Shown: positions 62,337-64,000 of the stretch, one piece after another
How positions within the stretch are numbered: the stretch's first letter is position 1
Layout of the letters: each line of letters begins with the position of its first letter
Assembly: GCA_965659195.1 (NCBI GenBank)
Contig: CBFHVZ010000006.1
Location: 2,076-66,075 of the forward strand
Source of the DNA: Litorivicinaceae bacterium
Lineage (GTDB): Bacteria; Pseudomonadota; Gammaproteobacteria; Pseudomonadales; Litorivicinaceae
DNA: 64,000 nucleotides
Reading direction: 5' to 3'
The notes under the pieces: model-generated
What the model was told of the DNA's origin: nothing
What the model saw: only the letters and a program-made list of their open reading frames with translations
Database searches by the model: none
Translations under genes and position numbers: made by a program

Positions 62337-63866
62337 ATGCGCGTAAAACCGGTCGTACTGCTGATTTTGGATGGATTTGGTCTCCGTGAGCCGGCGGACG
62401 ACAATGCGATTTATCACGCCCGCACCCCGAACCTCGATCGAATTGCAGCCGATATGCCAAGCGCCCAACTAGAAACCTCGGGCGAGGCAGTCGGTTTGCC
62501 TGCAGGGCAAATGGGCAACTCCGAGGTCGGCCACATGAATTTGGGCACAGGCCGTATTGTGTACCAAGATTTCACTCGCATCAGCAAGGCCATCGATGAG
62601 GGTACGTTTGAAACCAACGATGCATTGGTGAGCGCGTGCCGACTGGCCAAAGCCAATCAAAGTACGTTGCATATTTTAGGCCTACTAAGCCCCGGCGGCG
62701 TTCACAGTCACGAGGATCATATTGAGGCCATGATTGCCTTAGCGGATTCATTGGATGTGCCCATGACCCGCCTGCATGCGTTCTTAGATGGACGGGATAT
62801 GCCGCCCAAATCTGCAGAACCTTCTTTGCAGCGGTTTCAGCGACTGGAAACCGTGCACCCTAATTACCAACTCTCGAGTCTCTGCGGCCGTTATTACGCC
62901 ATGGACCGAGACAATAACTGGGATCGTATCCAGTTGGCCTTCGACCTCATCACCAAAAGCCAAGCTGAATTCTCTGCCGGTACCGCACTGGAGGGGCTTC
63001 AGCAAGCCTATCAACGAGGCGAGAACGATGAGTTCGTCAAGCCCACTCGCTTGGGTCAATCTTGGGAAATGCATGGCGATGATGTGGTCCTCGTCATGAA
63101 CTTCCGTGCCGACCGAGGTCGTCAAATTGCGCGAGCATTCACCCAGAGCCCTGTGCCAGAACTTCACCGTCCTGAGTGGATTCAGCAGGTCTCCGTGACC
63201 ACCCTGACCCAATACGCGGATGACTTAAAAGTGGCCGTGGCCTTCCCACCGGAGACACTTGAAAACACGCTCGGGGAAGTGGTGGCAAATGCAGGGCTCT
63301 CACAGCTTCGAATCGCAGAGACTGAAAAATACGCGCACGTCACCTTTTTCTTCAGCGGCGGCAAAGAGGCTCTCGTGAACGGCGAACACCGTGAACTGAT
63401 CCCGTCACCCAAAGTGGCCACATATGACCTGCAACCGGAGATGAGCGCGCCTGCGGTGACTGACTATCTGGTTGAGGCCATTCAACAAAAGCGCTTTGAT
63501 CTGATCGTGTGTAACTATGCCAATGGAGACATGGTCGGGCACACCGGGCAGTTCGATGCCGCTGTCGCCGCCATTGAAGCACTCGACACACAGGTCGGCC
63601 GCGTGGTCGATGCCTGTCGTTCGGCTGGTGGCGCGTGCATTATTACGGCAGACCACGGTAACGCCGAACAAATGGCAGATCCAGAATCTGGCCAAGCACA
63701 TACGGCCCACACCACCGGTCCGGTTCCCATTTGGCTGGCCGCCAATCCAACGGGCGTCAACTCCCTGAAGTCTGGTGCCTTGCAAGATGTTGCGCCGACC
63801 GTGTTGGACTTATTGGGCTTAGAACAGCCCTCTGAAATGACCGGGCAATCGCTATTAAATCAGTGA
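62337..63866 (+). CDS. gpmI: 2,3-bisphosphoglycerate-independent phosphoglycerate mutase
   Basis: LLILDGFG N-terminus, GNSEVGHMNLG, and C-terminal ITADHGN motifs. 509 aa. Confidence 0.95.
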   Translation: MRVKPVVLLILDGFGLREPADDNAIYHARTPNLDRIAADMPSAQLETSGEAVGLPAGQMGNSEVGHMNLGTGRIVYQDFTRISKAIDEGTFETNDALVSACRLAKANQSTLHILGLLSPGGVHSHEDHIEAMIALADSLDVPMTRLHAFLDGRDMPPKSAEPSLQRFQRLETVHPNYQLSSLCGRYYAMDRDNNWDRIQLAFDLITKSQAEFSAGTALEGLQQAYQRGENDEFVKPTRLGQSWEMHGDDVVLVMNFRADRGRQIARAFTQSPVPELHRPEWIQQVSVTTLTQYADDLKVAVAFPPETLENTLGEVVANAGLSQLRIAETEKYAHVTFFFSGGKEALVNGEHRELIPSPKVATYDLQPEMSAPAVTDYLVEAIQQKRFDLIVCNYANGDMVGHTGQFDAAVAAIEALDTQVGRVVDACRSAGGACIITADHGNAEQMADPESGQAHTAHTTGPVPIWLAANPTGVNSLKSGALQDVAPTVLDLLGLEQPSEMTGQSLLNQ

Positions 63867-64000
63867 TGCGTTCCCTCGTTTGGGTGATTTGTATCGCGAT
63901 TAGTGGGTCGGTTGCAGCCAGCGACATTCAGACCGCTGAACAAGAAAGGGCACGCGCCAAACAGGCCCTGGAGCAGCTAAAAACCAACACCGAGCTTGGT
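63866..64000 (+). CDS. EnvC-like murein hydrolase activator / M23 peptidase family protein, N-terminal fragment (runs off the right edge)
   Basis: My translation is MRSLVWVICIAISGSVAASDIQTAEQERARAKQALEQLKTNTELG, i.e. a signal peptide plus the start of a coiled coil. The position directly after gpmI matches E. coli gpmM-envC. Only 45 codons are visible. Confidence 0.5.
   Translation, partial: MRSLVWVICIAISGSVAASDIQTAEQERARAKQALEQLKTNTELG

Overview
This is a very gene-dense chromosomal segment with about 66 protein-coding genes. By my hand tally of intergenic gaps it is roughly 97 percent coding. I saw no rRNA, tRNA, CRISPR, IS/transposase or prophage genes. It looks like a streamlined gammaproteobacterium. 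Gene order follows conserved Pseudomonas/E. coli housekeeping neighbourhoods: an Fe(3+)-type ABC transporter; thiD-nudF-yqiB-parE followed by an ODC-like decarboxylase, a nagK-like gene and nagA; lptM-lysA-dapF-yigA-xerC-yigB; glnK-amtB; ubiK; a solitary dnaE2; gltB-gltD-metY-hemE-tolC; aroK-aroB next to a reduced pilMNOPQ/hofMNOPQ-type cluster divergent from ponA; rpmE / priA-argS-ftsN-like-hslVU-ubiE-ubiJ-ubiB-hisIE-hit-tatABC; pip, typA / glnA-ntrBC; secB-grxC-yibN / gpmI-envC. All product calls rest on motifs, sizes and remembered synteny read from the supplied translations or my own translation. No database search was possible. Several track ORFs are 5'-extended, and I give shorter starts where a Shine-Dalgarno or a neighbouring stop codon supports them. 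Regulatory sites readable in the DNA are a LexA box on the dnaE2 start codon, sigma-54 promoters with NtrC-type sites at glnA and glnK, and one clean intrinsic terminator after amtB. I do not see a clear defence island, mobile element or other obvious novel multi-gene system. The best second-look candidates are: the miniaturised four-gene pil/hof-like cluster, which has a PilO-PilP-like fusion and a Trp-rich protein in the PilM position; the orphan, possibly leaderless SOS-controlled dnaE2; the decarboxylase-nagK-nagA operon; and an acidic ~100-aa tail on TatC.
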